From contig NC_058368.1 of assembly GCF_018350175.1 (NCBI RefSeq), positions 229,774,001 to 229,838,000 of the forward strand: a stretch of 64,000 nucleotides of DNA. The letters run 5' to 3'. Of the stretch, positions 50,185-63,239 are shown in pieces. This stretch comes from Felis catus. Its lineage: Eukaryota. The position numbers were made by a program, and so were the translations under genes. Under the pieces are notes generated by a model that worked only from the letters and a program-made list of their open reading frames with translations, was not told the DNA's origin and ran no database searches. Position 1 is the stretch's first letter, and each line of letters begins with the position of its first letter.

Positions 50185-50452
50185 TTTTTTTTTAAGTTTA
50201 TTTATTTATTTTGTGTGTGTGAGAGAGAGAGAGAGAGAACAGGAGTAGGGGAGGTGCAGAACGAGAGGTAGAGAGAGAGTGTGGAGAGAGAGAGAGAGAA
50301 AGAGGGAGAGAGAGAGAGAATGAAAATCCTAAGCACTCCATGCTGTCAGCACAGACCCCAATGCAGGACTCAGTCCCATAAAACTGTGAGATCATGACCT
50401 GAGCTGAAATCAAGAGTCGAATGCTTAACCTGCTGAGCCCCCCAGGTGCCCC
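50185..50452 (-). mobile_element. CAN-SINE, older subtype, with expanded GA-rich segment
   Basis: gagctgaaatcaagagtcgaatgcttaacc...caggtgcccc. Confidence 0.94.
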
Positions 50453-50577
50453 CTTCTGAAGATTTTTAAAGAAGCTAATGGAATGGGAAATCACCCACAT
50501 AACTTTCTCAGGATGCCATGTTTGAGGCTGTTGCTAACCTAAGACATTGCCAGCTTCTGCTGTTCATCCAAGGACAG

Positions 50578-50986
50578 TAAGTTAGTTGATTCTGGCTGCT
50601 GTAACAAAATACTACAGACTGGGTGGCTTAAACAACAGGAATTTATTTTGTCACAGTTCTGGAGGCTAGAAGTCCAAGACCAAGGTTCTGGTCAATTCAG
50701 TTCCTGGTGAGGACTCTTCCTGATGTGCAGATGGCCACCTTCTTGCTGTGTCGTCACATGGTCTTTCCTCCGTGCATGGGCACGGAGAGAGGAAGCAAGC
50801 ACATGTAAGCTAGTTGTCTGATGTCTCTTCCATTAAGGACACCGATCCTATCAGGTCAGGGCCCCATTCCTATGACTTCATTTAACCTTAATTGCCTCTT
50901 CCTTCCCTCCAAATACAGCCACCCTGGGTTAGGGATCAACATACAAATTTGGGGGAGGGGGAGGGAGGCACAAACAGCCCATAACA
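50578..50986 (-). mobile_element. MLT1A-like MaLR solo LTR
   Basis: ggctgctgtaacaaaatactacagactgggtggcttaaacaacagg...tcacagttctggaggctagaagtccaaga...aaggacaccgatcc...cagcccataaca. Confidence 0.9.
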
Positions 50987-51245
50987 GACAGCTTACTTGT
51001 GGATCCATTGTCTACAAAGAAGCAGGGTTATTGAGACTTAAATTATGTGTGATTTTACTGATCTGATCTTCTCCTCATTGAAATGGGGGGAATTCATGAA
51101 TAGTTATTTCCCTTCATCTTTAAATGCCACCATGAAAATAGATCAGAAGCTTTGTTGACTTCTTAGCACTTAAGTAATGCATAATATAAAACCAGGACTC
51201 AATCAGACGCTGTGTAATATAAACTGAAATTTGGTCGATCTAGCT

Positions 51246-51460
51246 TTTAATGTTTATTTATCTTTGAGAAAGAGAGCGAGAGACAGAGCACAAGTGGGGA
51301 GGGGTAGAGAGAGAGAGGGAGACGCAGAATCTGAAGCAGGCTCCAGGCTCTGAGCTGTCAGCACAGAGCCCGATGTGGGGCTTGAACTCATGAACCTCGA
51401 GATCATGACCTGAGCTGAAGTTGGACGCTCAGCCAACCGCCTGAGCCATCCAAGTGACCC
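51246..51460 (-). mobile_element. SINEC_Fc CAN-SINE
   Basis: TSD gatctagctttta. Confidence 0.96.
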
Positions 51461-52204
51461 TGGATCTAGCTTTTAGATGCACCCAAGAAGCATGTGCCAC
51501 CTTACATGTTGACTTATGCAAAGAGAACTTCTGGTAGCCCATTACATTTATTTGTGTTCATACATCATCTTATTTCACGACAGTCTTTAAAAGAAAAGTC
51601 TAGTCTAGAATCAGTCAGTTGTGCTACATATGTGTACTCAGTCAGGAGACTCACGATGGCAATGAAATAGCCAAATCTTATCAGCAGTTGCACCGACCCA
51701 TTAAACTGAGCACTGGAGATGGTATTTTAAGTTCTCCAGGCAGTATTTAACTCCCTTCTCTGTAGTTAATACAAAGTAGTCAGTTCTCAATTAAGCAGAC
51801 TCGTTGTGTGGTGGTGAGAGCATGGCATTTGCAGTTGGAAGGCCAAGGTCAGATTTCAGCTCAGCTGCAAACTGTGTGAGGAAGTCTGTTCCTGTGGTTC
51901 CATTTCCTCCCTGTCTCAGACCCCAAGAGTGGCTGGTTCCTAGGGAATCCAAGTATTGGCTGAATGTAAAATCCCAATTTTTCTAGTAATGTTTTTTTTA
52001 AATGCAGACTTTTTAAAATGTGATTCCTTATGGCTTAAAGATACTATAATTTTTAGCTCACTATAGAGTACATCTAACAACACGAACTATAGCAAAGCTC
52101 AGACGATCCATACAAAATATAGTAACATATGTAATATAATAATATAAGAACCATTTCACCACTGCATGTCACAAAGTATGTCTGTCTGTAAAAAATAGGT
52201 CCTT

Positions 52205-52420
52205 GGGGCACCTGCGTGGCTCAGTCAGTTAAGCGTCTGACTTCAGCACAGGTCATGATCTCACGGCTGGTGAGTTCAAGCCCCACGTAGGGCTCTGTGC
52301 TGACAGCTCAGAGCCTGGAGCCTGCTTCGGATTCTGTGTCTCCCTCTCTCTCTGCCCCTCCCCAACTCACATTCTGTCTCTCTCTCCCTCAAGAGTAAAC
52401 ATTAGAAAAAAAAAAAAAAA
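52205..52420 (+). mobile_element. SINEC_Fc CAN-SINE
   Basis: TSD aataggtcctt. Confidence 0.97.
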
Positions 52421-53300
52421 AGAATAGGTCCTTAAGTATGGACTCCAGGTGTTGGCTGATTTACCCGAGGATTTTAGAATCACATTGAAAGTGGCATGAC
52501 AGTACTTAATTAACTGATTTAAGAGGTTCATTGCTTTTCATTTTAATCAATAGCATACCTGTATATACTCATACACCCACATACACACACCAGTAATTTT
52601 GTTGCTCTCCAAATTACAATCATGCCTTATAATAAGCACTAGAAACAAAGTTTTTCACATTAATGATTTTCCTGACACAACACAATTGATGTAATTGCAA
52701 ATTATATTTTATAGTAAATGAAAAAAGTGCCCATTTTTAATTTAGAAATCAACATTTGTTAAAAGTAGTAATCCACATTTAAAAATTTAATGCAATGCAC
52801 ATTTAATTTTCAAAACATTGCTCTAGGCAGTGGTGTGACATTTCTTATAATTTACCAGATTGCTTTTTAAAATTAAGCTAAAAATTAATTTACTCTAGTA
52901 AATCCTTGAAAAAATTATGAATATCATCCCAAACTCCACAACCATCCTTAATGAAGGCCTTTCTTCTTTTCCATCATCAGTGTCATAGTTATTCTTAATT
53001 GCTTTTTAGCTTATGTCATAATCTTGGCAGTTTAACTCAAATTAACATGATGGCTCAGATGGCAACTTTAGCAAATGCTCAGGAAATGTACATAACACCA
53101 TTTAAAACTACTGTGCTAGATACTAGATATGGATTTTCTGCGTAAAGCATAACATATTACATACAGATATTTCATATGGTAAAGAATACGAAGTTCCACT
53201 TGGGGACATGCGGTGTTGCATTTAGTTCTTATATTTAGGATTCTGAGTATCTCTGGGCACTTGATTTTCCCAATGTTTATAAAGTAGGGTACTGTCAGGC

Positions 53301-53486
53301 TCAGAGACTGATACTTTCTTTGTTTTTTTGTTTTTGTTTTTGTTTTTTGCTTCAGAGACTAATACTTTCTTTGTTTTTTTTGTTTTTTTTTGTTTTTTTT
53401 GTTTGTTTTTGTTTTTGTTTTTGTTTTTTGCTTCAGAGACTGATACTTTCTTTGTTTTTTTGCTGCAGCGACTGGTACTTTCTTTG
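53301..53486 (+). repeat. Four-unit minisatellite with nested T/G microsatellite spacers
   Basis: Core cagagactgatactttctttg at about 53301, 53352 and 53433, diverged copy at 53465. Confidence 0.9.
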
Positions 53487-54812
53487 ATTCATTTGCTGCA
53501 TCCTTCGTGCCAGTGTTTGTAGCCCCTACTGTTCCTTGAGTTCCACTCTTCCATTGGGAACTAGTACACGTTCTCCCCCCTGATGATGGTGACTTCTCTT
53601 CTACCCTGTGCTCTTCAACCATCATCGATTGCTCCGTGCATTTGAAACAAAGACGCCTTTAATTGTTTGCAGTTGTTACTGGTTGTCAGCCACTAAACTG
53701 TGAGCCTTCCGTGAACCATGACCTGTTCCTGTATGTTGGTATAGCACAGAACTTTTCTTTATCCTTGTGTACACATGGTGATAAATCAACCTTTGGTGAT
53801 GCTGAGGAAATATCATTTGGACGTGGAGACCTGAGTCTACCCTGCCTCAGTTATGTGTGCCTCCTTTCCCTGGCATAAGGTACGCATTTCTACCATGGCT
53901 CACCCTTCATCATTTGTGAGATTCATGCTTGAAGGGTATCCAAAGGAGTTGACTAAATTCAGTTGGGTAATGGAATTAAGAGCATTTTCTTGATTTTTGA
54001 AGTAACCTTGTCAATATAGAGTCTAAGAAAAGATGACTCAGTTTGAATCCCACCAGTTTACTGTGACACACATATACTTTTAGAATTTAGAATGTCCTGA
54101 AAATTCATCTTTTTATGTTTTATTGTGTGATGTATGGCTTTACAACACTTTGAAAGTGATGTATTTCCAAAGAATGCTAGAATAAATGGATAGCCCATTT
54201 AGAAGAATTCACTTGTGTGAAGAGGCTTAAAATAAGGTTGCCGTAGTTAAAATCCTGATCATGAAACCATCCAGATTTCCCATCTTATCACAGAAAAGCT
54301 TGTGCTTTTACAGTTTGCTTAAGCATTTAGAAATGAGCTCCATGCTTAACCTGCATCATTTCCAGGGAGTTAAATTCCAGGAATCCGCCTTCCGTGATGA
54401 CCACAGAGTGAAGTGGTCCTAAGTGGTCTCAGAGGTGATAATTCCAACCACTTTCTCCTCTTATTGGACTCGGGTCATTATTGGGCTCAAGTTAATTTCC
54501 TTTGTATCTTTTCAGATGTTTTAGTGGTAGTTGTCAATACTCTCATTTCCACTTTCGACATCTTTTGTAATAATGCATATGATGCAGTTTATAACCACCG
54601 AGCTTCTGGTCACGGACATGTTGTGATGAACGTGAACTTTGCATTTCAGTAAAATCAGTTCTGAAATGTTTGTCAACCGTGTTCCGATGGATACATGTTC
54701 TAATGGATTGGAATAAATAACTGAAGGAGGATGAAACCATTTTAAAGAAATCTCAGTATCAGACCTGGCATGTGTGGGGGATTGTTAAAGAGCCAAATAG
54801 ACTTGACGAGTG

Positions 54813-55130
54813 CAAGTCCTCAATGCCTTACCTGTAATTTGGAGATGCAAAATGCTCCAAAAACCAAAGTTTCTTTCAGGTGTTCATGGAAAAGTTGTTG
54901 GGGAACAACATCCAACCTGGACTGAGGCACAGTTATATGTAATCATCGTTTCTCTCACTTAATGTGAATATGCCTATCTTGGCTCAGAAATATCAGTAAG
55001 TATTGAAATTTCTCAGTACGTTGCTTGGAGTTTTGTATAGAAACGGTAGATGCATCTTTCTAAATCCAAAAGAAATTGAATGTGGAAGCACATATAACTC
55101 CAAGGATACAGATAACCGACTGGGAAGCCT
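54813..55130. mobile_element. MER46C-like (TcMar-Tigger)
   Basis: caagtcctcaatgccttacc...aaatgctccaaaaacc...cacttaatgtgaatat...cagaaatat...taaatccaaaa...ccaaggatacagataa. Confidence 0.7.
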
Positions 55131-57354
55131 CTAAAAGGTGAAAGTTAATAATTGGTTCTGCTAAGAAAATGATGGGGTCATAATCAGGCATAGGAAATGG
55201 TGCTGTGGGTAGGGACATGCACAGATGTTGGTTCGTGTTGCTAACTCCACGGTGAATGGCTTTGATTTCTATTTTCCACCGTGTTAGTGCCTGTAATAGA
55301 GAGATGAAAGAAACCAGTGCAGGTGAATCCACGGGGGTGGACAGACCAGCTAAGAGGGGAAAACATTAAGGAAGAAATCAACTTCTGGTAGCTCTGAAAA
55401 GCTCCACAGAGCAGTTGGCATGAAACTGCCTGAAAGCCCAGAGCTGCAGAAAAGTCCTAAGAGGATCCGATTCTAAATTAAAGAATTCCCTGTGAAAGTT
55501 AGGGTTAGTTTAAGCAGTGATTGATCTCAGTACTTACTGCTCTGCATTGTTAGTGCCTGTTTATATCTCTGTGCCCCACTAGACCGCAGGCTCTGAGCGC
55601 GTAGCACTTTTCATCTCTGTTGTTGAGGGAGGGGTTCTCAGCTCCTGGCACATGGCCCGCCGGGTGGTGGGTGTTCAGTAGATACTTGGAAATAAGTCAG
55701 TGAAATATGTTTAGCTGTGCTCCAATAGCTGTAAGTCTGCACATTATTTTTGAAATCTATGATGTGTAATGTGGTACATCGGAGTAGGGCGAGGGAGAAA
55801 AGTGGCCACGTGTTTCTAGAATCCCTTCCTTTGGACAGAGACATGGGACATATTTTCAGACTGCAGCACATACACTGTCCCATCTGAATTCCAGGGCACC
55901 CCACATCTGATGAGAATTTCTATCGTAAGGAGCCTTTCTTACTAATGGAATATTTCCTGTTTTTCTTTTGTACTGAAGTGAAACATAAGGGTGAGAACCA
56001 CCATAGAAAGCAGCATATAACCCACCCAAACACAACCATGAATAATATAAGTTAATTCATAGGCTTAACAGTTCTAATAATAATGGCTGTGTTAATATAT
56101 ATTTGATACAAAAACATAGCACGCATCTCCTTTTGGTTAAGCGAGCCCATGGGAATATGCAGACACTACTGGTATGCTTGTGTTCATGCGTCTTGGTGCA
56201 TGCAAATTGCAGACTGAGTCCCAAGGGGAAACATAACATGGTTTTCATTTGGCTTTTGCACACGCAAATCTGTAACAATCACACAGTTAACAATTCTAAA
56301 GTTATATTAGAGATGAAGTCTGCATTTTCCCGGATTTCCAGTCAATTCTATCGTGTAGATCACAACTCTGAGCTGTATGTGATATATCCTCATTCCTCTG
56401 GCTATGGTGGCCTCGGTGCCATATTTGTTGAAAGTAATCCTGGGACAATTAATGGCAGTCAAGTGTTTGACACCTTCTTTATTTTCTGGCACCACAAGAT
56501 TCTCCAGGCTCATCTCGTACGGTCCCAGCCATAGTCCTTAGACTCAGCCGTGTCTCCACGGAGCCCTGGTTTCTTTTATTGGAGAACAGTGTGTGTGCTC
56601 TTCACTACTGGGATACCCTTGTTTTAGGCCCTTTCTGCTGACTGGGAAAGGAAACACACGTGTGTATACTGAGCGTATATACCTATCTATAAGTGTTTCT
56701 ATATGTGACAGTCTGTATCTACATGAAACTATACATGAGTTCCCTTTTTGTCTCCTTCCTTACAACATGGGTCATTCTACTTATTTCCTTGCTTGTGTAT
56801 AACGGCCTCCTCCACATAAGAGAAATCCTTCAAACCATCTGCCATCCATTTACTTAATTACAGTTTACATTTAGAGCAGGAGCAGAATTGTTAACCTGTA
56901 GTCCTGTGGAAAATTACAACTGGATTGCAATGCTCCAGGACAACTGATCTTCCCTGTAGTCCTACAGCAGCAATGGTCTTCCACACGGGCTTAGGTCACC
57001 ATGTCTTTACCCTACCGCCCACAGTGACGTTACTCCGCATTTGTGATGCCTGTAGGTTGCTTTCTCATATTCTGCATTCCACTCCAAGATGCCCTGATCT
57101 CCTCAGTGAGTTTTAAACTTTGTATACATTAAGCATCAGACTTGTGCTGTAATACTGCATTGAAAGATGCGTATTGAAAATGAATTGAAAAATGAATACT
57201 ATCATGTCTCCACCATTATAGTTTCATAGAGAATATTTTCACGCCTTAAAATATCCCCTGTGCTATACTGTTCATCCCCGTTTTCCTCTCAAAACCCTTG
57301 GCAACCACCGATCTTTTTTTTACCATCCCTATAGTTTTGCCTTTTTCTGAATAT

Positions 57355-57794
57355 CAGATCTTCCTCAACTTATGATGGGGTCACATCCTGATAAATCCAT
57401 TGTAAGTTCAAAATATCCTGAGTTGAAAATGCATTTAATACGCCTAACCTACCAAACACCATAGCTTAGCCTCGCCTACCTTAAATGTGCTCAGAATAGT
57501 TACCTTACCCTACAGTTGGACAACACGTAGAACACAGAGCCTATTTTGTAACAAAGTTTTGGCGATCTCATGTAATTTATGGAATCCTGAAAGTGAAAAG
57601 GACAATGGTTGGTTGGGTACAGATGGCCATCAGTGTATCACTTGTTGGCCCTTGTGACCACCTGGCTGGCTCACTGCCACAGCCCAGCATCATGTTAGCT
57701 TTGCCAAAAGATCAAAATTCCAAAGTATGGTTTCTATTGACCCCATGTTGCTGTTGTACCATTAAGTTGAACCGTAATGAGTCTGGACTGTCTG
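57355..57794. mobile_element. MER47/Tigger5-derived element nested in L1
   Basis: cagatcttcctcaacttatgatggggtcacatcctgataaa...gaaaatgcatttaatac...atagcttagcc...aaagatcaaaattc...gactgtctg. Confidence 0.85.
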
Positions 57795-58342
57795 TGCTTA
57801 GAACATAGAGTACGTAGCCATTTCAGACTGGCATTTTTCCCTTGTAACGGTCGGCATTTAAGATTCATCCATGTCTTTTCATGGCTCGATAGCTCATTTC
57901 TTATTGCTGAATAATATTGCATTCTTCAGATACACCACAGTTTGTTTATTCACTCACCTACTGAGGGAGATCTTGGTTGCTTCTAGTTTAGGTAACAATG
58001 AATGAAGCTACTATACACATTCACATGCAGGTCCCCCCATCCCCCTGCTAATTTTACTGAGATATAGTTGACATACAACATCATATAAATGTGATGTCTA
58101 CCATGTGAGGACTGGACACATTTTTAAATAATTTGTGTATGTAACTAGGAGTGTAATTGCTGGATAGCATAGTAAGACTGTATTTAGCTGCCAAATGGTC
58201 TTCCAGAATGGCCGAACTATTTTACAGTCGCATCAGCAATGAATGAGAGTTAGGTTGTTCTGTATCTTCAACATCAATTAGAATTGTCAGTGTTATTTAT
58301 TTATTTTTTAGGCAATTCTAATAACAGCATAGTCATCTCTGT

Positions 58343-58569
58343 CTTTTTAAAAATTTTTTAACTTTATGAGAGAGAGAGAGAGAGAGACAGAGAGAGAGAC
58401 AGCATGAGTGGGGGAGGGGCAGAGAAAGAAGGAGACACAGAATCCGAAGCAGGCTTCAGGCTCCAAGCTGTCAGCACAGAGCCCGACATGGGGCTCGAAC
58501 CCACAAACCACGAGATCATGACCTGAGCCAAAGTCAGACGCCTAACTGACTGAGCCACCCAGGCACCCC
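58343..58569 (-). mobile_element. SINEC_Fc CAN-SINE
   Basis: Antisense full element. Confidence 0.96.
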
Positions 58570-60919
58570 TCTCATTTTTGTTTTAATTTGTAACGTATCT
58601 GAAAAAAGGAACCATGGCTTTTATTTGAAATAGCGTCTACCTCGAAGTCCCTGAATCAGAGTCTTTGCCAAACTTACTCCAGAAAGTATGAAGACTTTGA
58701 AAAAGTGGAGAACTCCTATGAATCCTCAGAATAAAAGTTAGCAGTTAAAATTTAGTAAAACTGTTTTTACAGATTAGACTGGAGCAGAAAAAAAAATGTG
58801 TGAGAAAAGAAAAAAACCAACAGCAATATAGCAGGACCAGATGGGGAAAGGTGGATACTGGCCAGAAAACATTGAATTCTAGGAGGGCTGGTATAAAATT
58901 GTATAAGTGCTGAGATCTCCCTTTGAAACAGTAACAGAAACAGGTTGTAGAATAAAAAATAAACTCATCTCATGTTGGAAGGACACTAGACAATGACAGC
59001 CAACAATGCCCTGAAAAATGGGCTGTGGGAGTCAGATGTGGCAGAAAAGGGTTATTCTCTTCATGTTTCACTTGCCTTCAGTTGGGTGGCTCTTTCTCTC
59101 ACCCCCTCAATCTCTGAGTCACCAAGGTGTCTGTTGGGCCCACCTCTGAAAGATCACTCAACACCAAGTCAGTAACTGGGTGATGGCTGCAGACTGTTCC
59201 ACTCAATCTTGGACTTTTCAGGTCTGTTTCCCTGCTGGAACTGGAACTGAAATGTTCTTTCAAAAACACAGAGTTAAGTTGCTCAGTGGCTCTTTGTTCT
59301 GCGAATGTTAGAATGTCTTAATTGGGTTGAAAGCCTTGTGTGAACTCACAGCCTTCTTAATAAACCTTTTGTGTATCAGAATTCTGTCTTCCTTCTCTCT
59401 GTGTTCTCGGTATCTTGAAATGTGTCAAGGTCCCTGGTTTTTGGTGCTCCAGGGCAAATCTAGGCCACTACACTCTAAGTTTTTGAGAACAAAGATTGTG
59501 TTTATTGTGAAATTGCCCATACCAAGGACTCAAATGTTGCTAGTTGAATGAATACATATTTGACAAAATGGTCTTCATTATAATGCCGTTAATAGTAAAA
59601 AAGTAATATTATCCAAATAATTAATCATAGAAAGTTGTTAAATGCATTAGGATAGAGCTATATACTGGACTATTATGTAATATTAAAATCATATTTTGCT
59701 TGTATCCAACTTGGTAAAGTATGTGCACTTAAACAAACAATAGATAAAGGTGTTTTTACAGTATTTCAGCACCAGACACATAGGGACATAGAGATGAGTT
59801 TGGGAAAAAAGTGTTAAAACATCAACACATTAACATCTCATGAGTGTCGAGTATTTTCCTTTTTGTGCTTTTTCTGTCTTTTCCGAATATTCTATAATTA
59901 CAGAATGACATATTTTTTCAAAATTTGTTATAAAATATATTTTGTTATTTAGATCACAATGTTTAGCTCAGAATAACTGATTATTGTTTACTGATTTGAT
60001 ATTGTAGGATTGCTTTGACAATAGGAAAGTCCTAGTTTTATACTGACACACTTTAGGACAAAAGTTTCACTGCTAAATATATAATATAGTTAAGGGTATA
60101 TAAGCAGATGTGAAAATAAAAAAAAAAGCCCAAAACAATTGCTGCCTGTGGAGATTCCCCAATTATATACCTGGCATGTGCCAGCCATTCTCATTTCAAA
60201 CGCTTTTAGATACAATGTCCCCCCAGAAGCCTTGCAAAAATGGAAACTGTAATTGCCCGATTATCATAGGTGAGAAACAGCTAGCACTGAATTTAGACAT
60301 CTCTGTACCTGCTCAAATTAGGCTGCTCATAAGTGAGCAAAAGCCCGGGTTTTGTTATTAAACACAGAGCCAAAAACAGATTTGAGATTTAAAAGAGATC
60401 CAAAAGCAACTGTATCACCGATTCAATGCTTTGTAGCTAGTCAATGCAGTTATCGCTGTTCCTCACCCTAGGTGTGTAAGAGTTTGCTCATTATTACATT
60501 TGTTCTGTACTGGCTCAGAAAATAAAACCACTGTGCAAACTTAGACAAAAGCTCTGTGCTTCACTGGTCCCCGGCAGCTACCAAGACATTTTGCCAGTGT
60601 GCTGTTTAACTTGGGCAACAACAACAATGAAAGAATGTGTTCATTCTGGAAGATAAAATAGTAAAAGATAGTTATGGAAGGACACCCTTGAAAGTGTCCA
60701 AACCATTTATTATGCCTGTAGGAAATTAGCTTCTTAAATACCTTCTTTCTTTTAGTACTGGTAGATACAAAGAACACCCTCATGAAAAGCAGTCATGAAA
60801 CACTGTATGTACTTCCTCATTAGGTAATTAGTGGGCTGATTGCTAGTCAACAACTGAATTTTCTGAACGTCACGTAAGGACAAGAAGGGAATTCCAAAAT
60901 GTATTTCATGCCAAGTGTC

Positions 60920-61147
60920 AGGGCACCTGGGTGGCTCAGTCAGTTGAGTGTCTGACTTTCGATTTCAGCTCAGGTCATGATCCCAGGGTTGTGGGCACGA
61001 GCTCCGTGTTGGGCTCTGCACTGAGCTTGGAGTCTGCTTGGGATTCTCTCTCTCTCCCTCTGCCCTTCCCCTGCCTATTGCTTGCTCTAGCTCTCTCTCT
61101 CTCTTTCTCTCTAAGAAAAAGCAAGACAAAACAAAACAAATAAAAAA
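60920..61147 (+). mobile_element. CAN-SINE, older carnivore subtype
   Basis: gggcacctgggtggctcagtcagttgagtgtctgactttcgatttcagctcagg; TSD atgc(c/a)aagtgtc. Confidence 0.95.
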
Positions 61148-61219
61148 ATGCAAAGTGTCTGCCAGTTTATATTTGAACTTTGAATATAATACTAAATTTT
61201 GATTAATTATTTCTTCCAG

Positions 61220-61390
61220 GATTTTATTTAAATTCTAGTTAGTTAACATACAGTGTAGTATTGGTTTCAGGCGTAGAATTTAGTGATTCATCCTTTACTT
61301 ACAACACCCAGTGCTCACCCCCTCCTTAATGCTCTTCACACACTTAGCCCATCGCCCAGCCCCCGCCCCTCCAGCAGCCCTCACTTTATT
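61220..61390 (-). mobile_element. Carnivore L1 3' terminal fragment
   Basis: aaattctagttagttaacatacagtgtagtattggtttcagg...acaacacccagtgctca. Confidence 0.85.
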
Positions 61391-61400
61391 CATTCTGTTT

Positions 61401-61500
61401 TCCTTTTATTAAGTAAACTCCATGCTCAACATGGGGCTTGAACTCATGACCCCACGATCAAGAGTCACATGCTCTACCAACTTAGCCAGCCAGGCACCCC
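61401..61500 (-). mobile_element. Short SINEC_c-like SINE
   Basis: atggggcttgaactcatgaccccacgatcaagagtcacatgctctacc...gccagccaggcacccc. Confidence 0.88.
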
Positions 61501-62147
61501 ATAATACTTAATTTTAAATGAGAATGATTGGGCTTCCTATTAGCTGAAGGTATGCGGACAGTGTTATTCTGCTAAAATAAATTGTTTCTGCCTGATTATC
61601 TCAGTTTATCCCATTTTTACCAATTGTTTCATATACTGAAGATGAGTCAAATTAAAATACTGTTACAAAAGCTTCTTCAGTTGGCTGAAGAATATGCCAT
61701 TTTTTCCACTGTAACCCGGATGCCCAGCCAAGTGCCTGGCACACAGTAGGACCGCAGTAAGTGTCCGATGCACGGATGAATAAATGAAGGAATTTATGCT
61801 GGTCAGTTTCTTATTCTGCTAAATAAGGCTCAATAATTTCCTTAATATGTACTGTGTGATTCCATGACTGCTTAGTATGTCCTATCTAGATGGAATTTTG
61901 AAATGTATATCCCCAGGTGCTTTATGTCATTAAGATTTTGAATCGCACAGATAGTTTCCGGTATTAGGAGCCCTGAGGCCATAACATATTGAATCATCTT
62001 TGCTTTCAGCTCCTCCCAAAAGTTCTATATTTGCTAACAGGTGGCTACGTAGGGAAAGCCCAAATTGATATGCTATAATGTGAGTAATTATTCGATGACT
62101 TAAATTCCATTTAACAACACTTACTCAACACCTAATATGTATCATGC

Positions 62148-62326
62148 TTTTTTTAGTGTTTATTTATTTTTGAGAGAGAGTGTGAGTGGGGGAGGGGCAC
62201 AGAGGTTCAGAACTGGGCTCCATGCTGACAGCAGTGAGCCTGATGTGGGGCTCGAACTCACCAACCACAAGATCATGACCTGAGCTGAAGTCAGACGCTC
62301 ACTTATCTGAGACACCCAGGCGCCTC
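62148..62326 (-). mobile_element. SINEC_Fc-type CAN-SINE inside a MIR
   Basis: Antisense element; the flanks acttactcaacacctaatatgt and cacttgactt resemble MIR. Confidence 0.93.
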
Positions 62327-62919
62327 CCAGGCTTTTCTCATACATTTTATATCATTAAGTCACCTCAGAGGCCCATGAGGTTTATTTTATCATTCAGATG
62401 TGGGGGGAACATATTACTGAGGTCAAGAGACATTAATTCACTTGACTTACTGGGTAGCTGAATGGACAGCCAGTCCAAGATGCTGTTGTATCAAACTACC
62501 ACGCTGGTCTGTCCCTCTTGGAAATGATTTAGTATGGAGTTTGTTGTAGTAAAAAAATGTTTGCAGTGTTTGGACATGAGTCTGAATCCCTGCTTTGCTG
62601 TTCGTTCTATGACTTCGAGTAAATTACATAAACTTTTTCAGCCTCATTTTCTTTACCTTGACTAGCACAATTTAAGTGTCACGTAAATAGCATCTGTTAC
62701 TATCTGTACTGTTAGGACCTTGTTTCATCATAAAGGATGGCTAACACATAAACAACATTGAAAAGCGTCCCCTCTATCCAAGTAGAGATTTGGATAGAGA
62801 GGGGGGATATTTCATAGTAGAGGTGCAATATAGCACCTTGTATCTTCTCCCATTAAATTCTACATAAAAGTCTATAATTTGCCTGAAAGAAAGTAAGTGC
62901 ATTGAAAATAATGTAAGTT

Positions 62920-63126
62920 AGCAGCACCGGAGTGGCTCAGTCGGTTAAGCAACTCATTTCAGCTCATGTCATGATCTTGCAGTCTGTGAGCCGTGTTGGG
63001 CTCCGTGCTGATGGCTCAGGGCCTGTAGCTTGCTTCTGATTCTATGTCTCCTTCTCCCTCTCTGCCCCTCCACTGCTCATGCTCTTTCTCTCTCAAAAAT
63101 AAATAAACATTATTTTTTTAAAAAAA
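62920..63126 (+). mobile_element. SINEC_Fc CAN-SINE, diverged
   Basis: TSD gaaaataatgtaa. Confidence 0.93.
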
Positions 63127-63239
63127 GAAAATAATGTAACTTAAAATGGGGAGAAGTTCATAAAAATTAGTAGTTGATGATTTTATGTTCTGAAAACATG
63201 TACACACTTCAAAGGGGGGAAAACAGTAAAAATGTACAG

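Larger units (their letters stand above)
56465..58590 (-). mobile_element. Old L1 (L1MC/MD-like) 3' fragment hosting MER47 and a SINE
   Basis: ttttctggcaccacaagattctccaggctcatct...ggagccctggtttcttttattggagaa...ccttggcaaccaccgatc...agattcatccatgtc...cactcacctactgaggga. Confidence 0.82.

Noticed and set aside
53301..53486. CRISPR-like repeat-spacer appearance
   Set aside because: Spacers are low-complexity T tracts, the context is mammalian, and there are no cas genes
56103..56534. 143-aa ORF
   Set aside because: TTG start, no recognisable domain, and it runs into an antisense L1
61401..61500. tRNA-like sequences here and at 41022 and 63343
   Set aside because: Short tRNA-derived SINEs with A tails and decayed stems, not tRNA genes
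3419..61650. Scattered TGAGTCA (AP-1) sites
   Set aside because: The count is about what a 7-mer gives by chance in 64 kb
4689..62345. Family of similar ORFs (MAQSV...SAQVMIS...SLEPASDSVS)
   Set aside because: These are translations of SINEC copies, not a gene family
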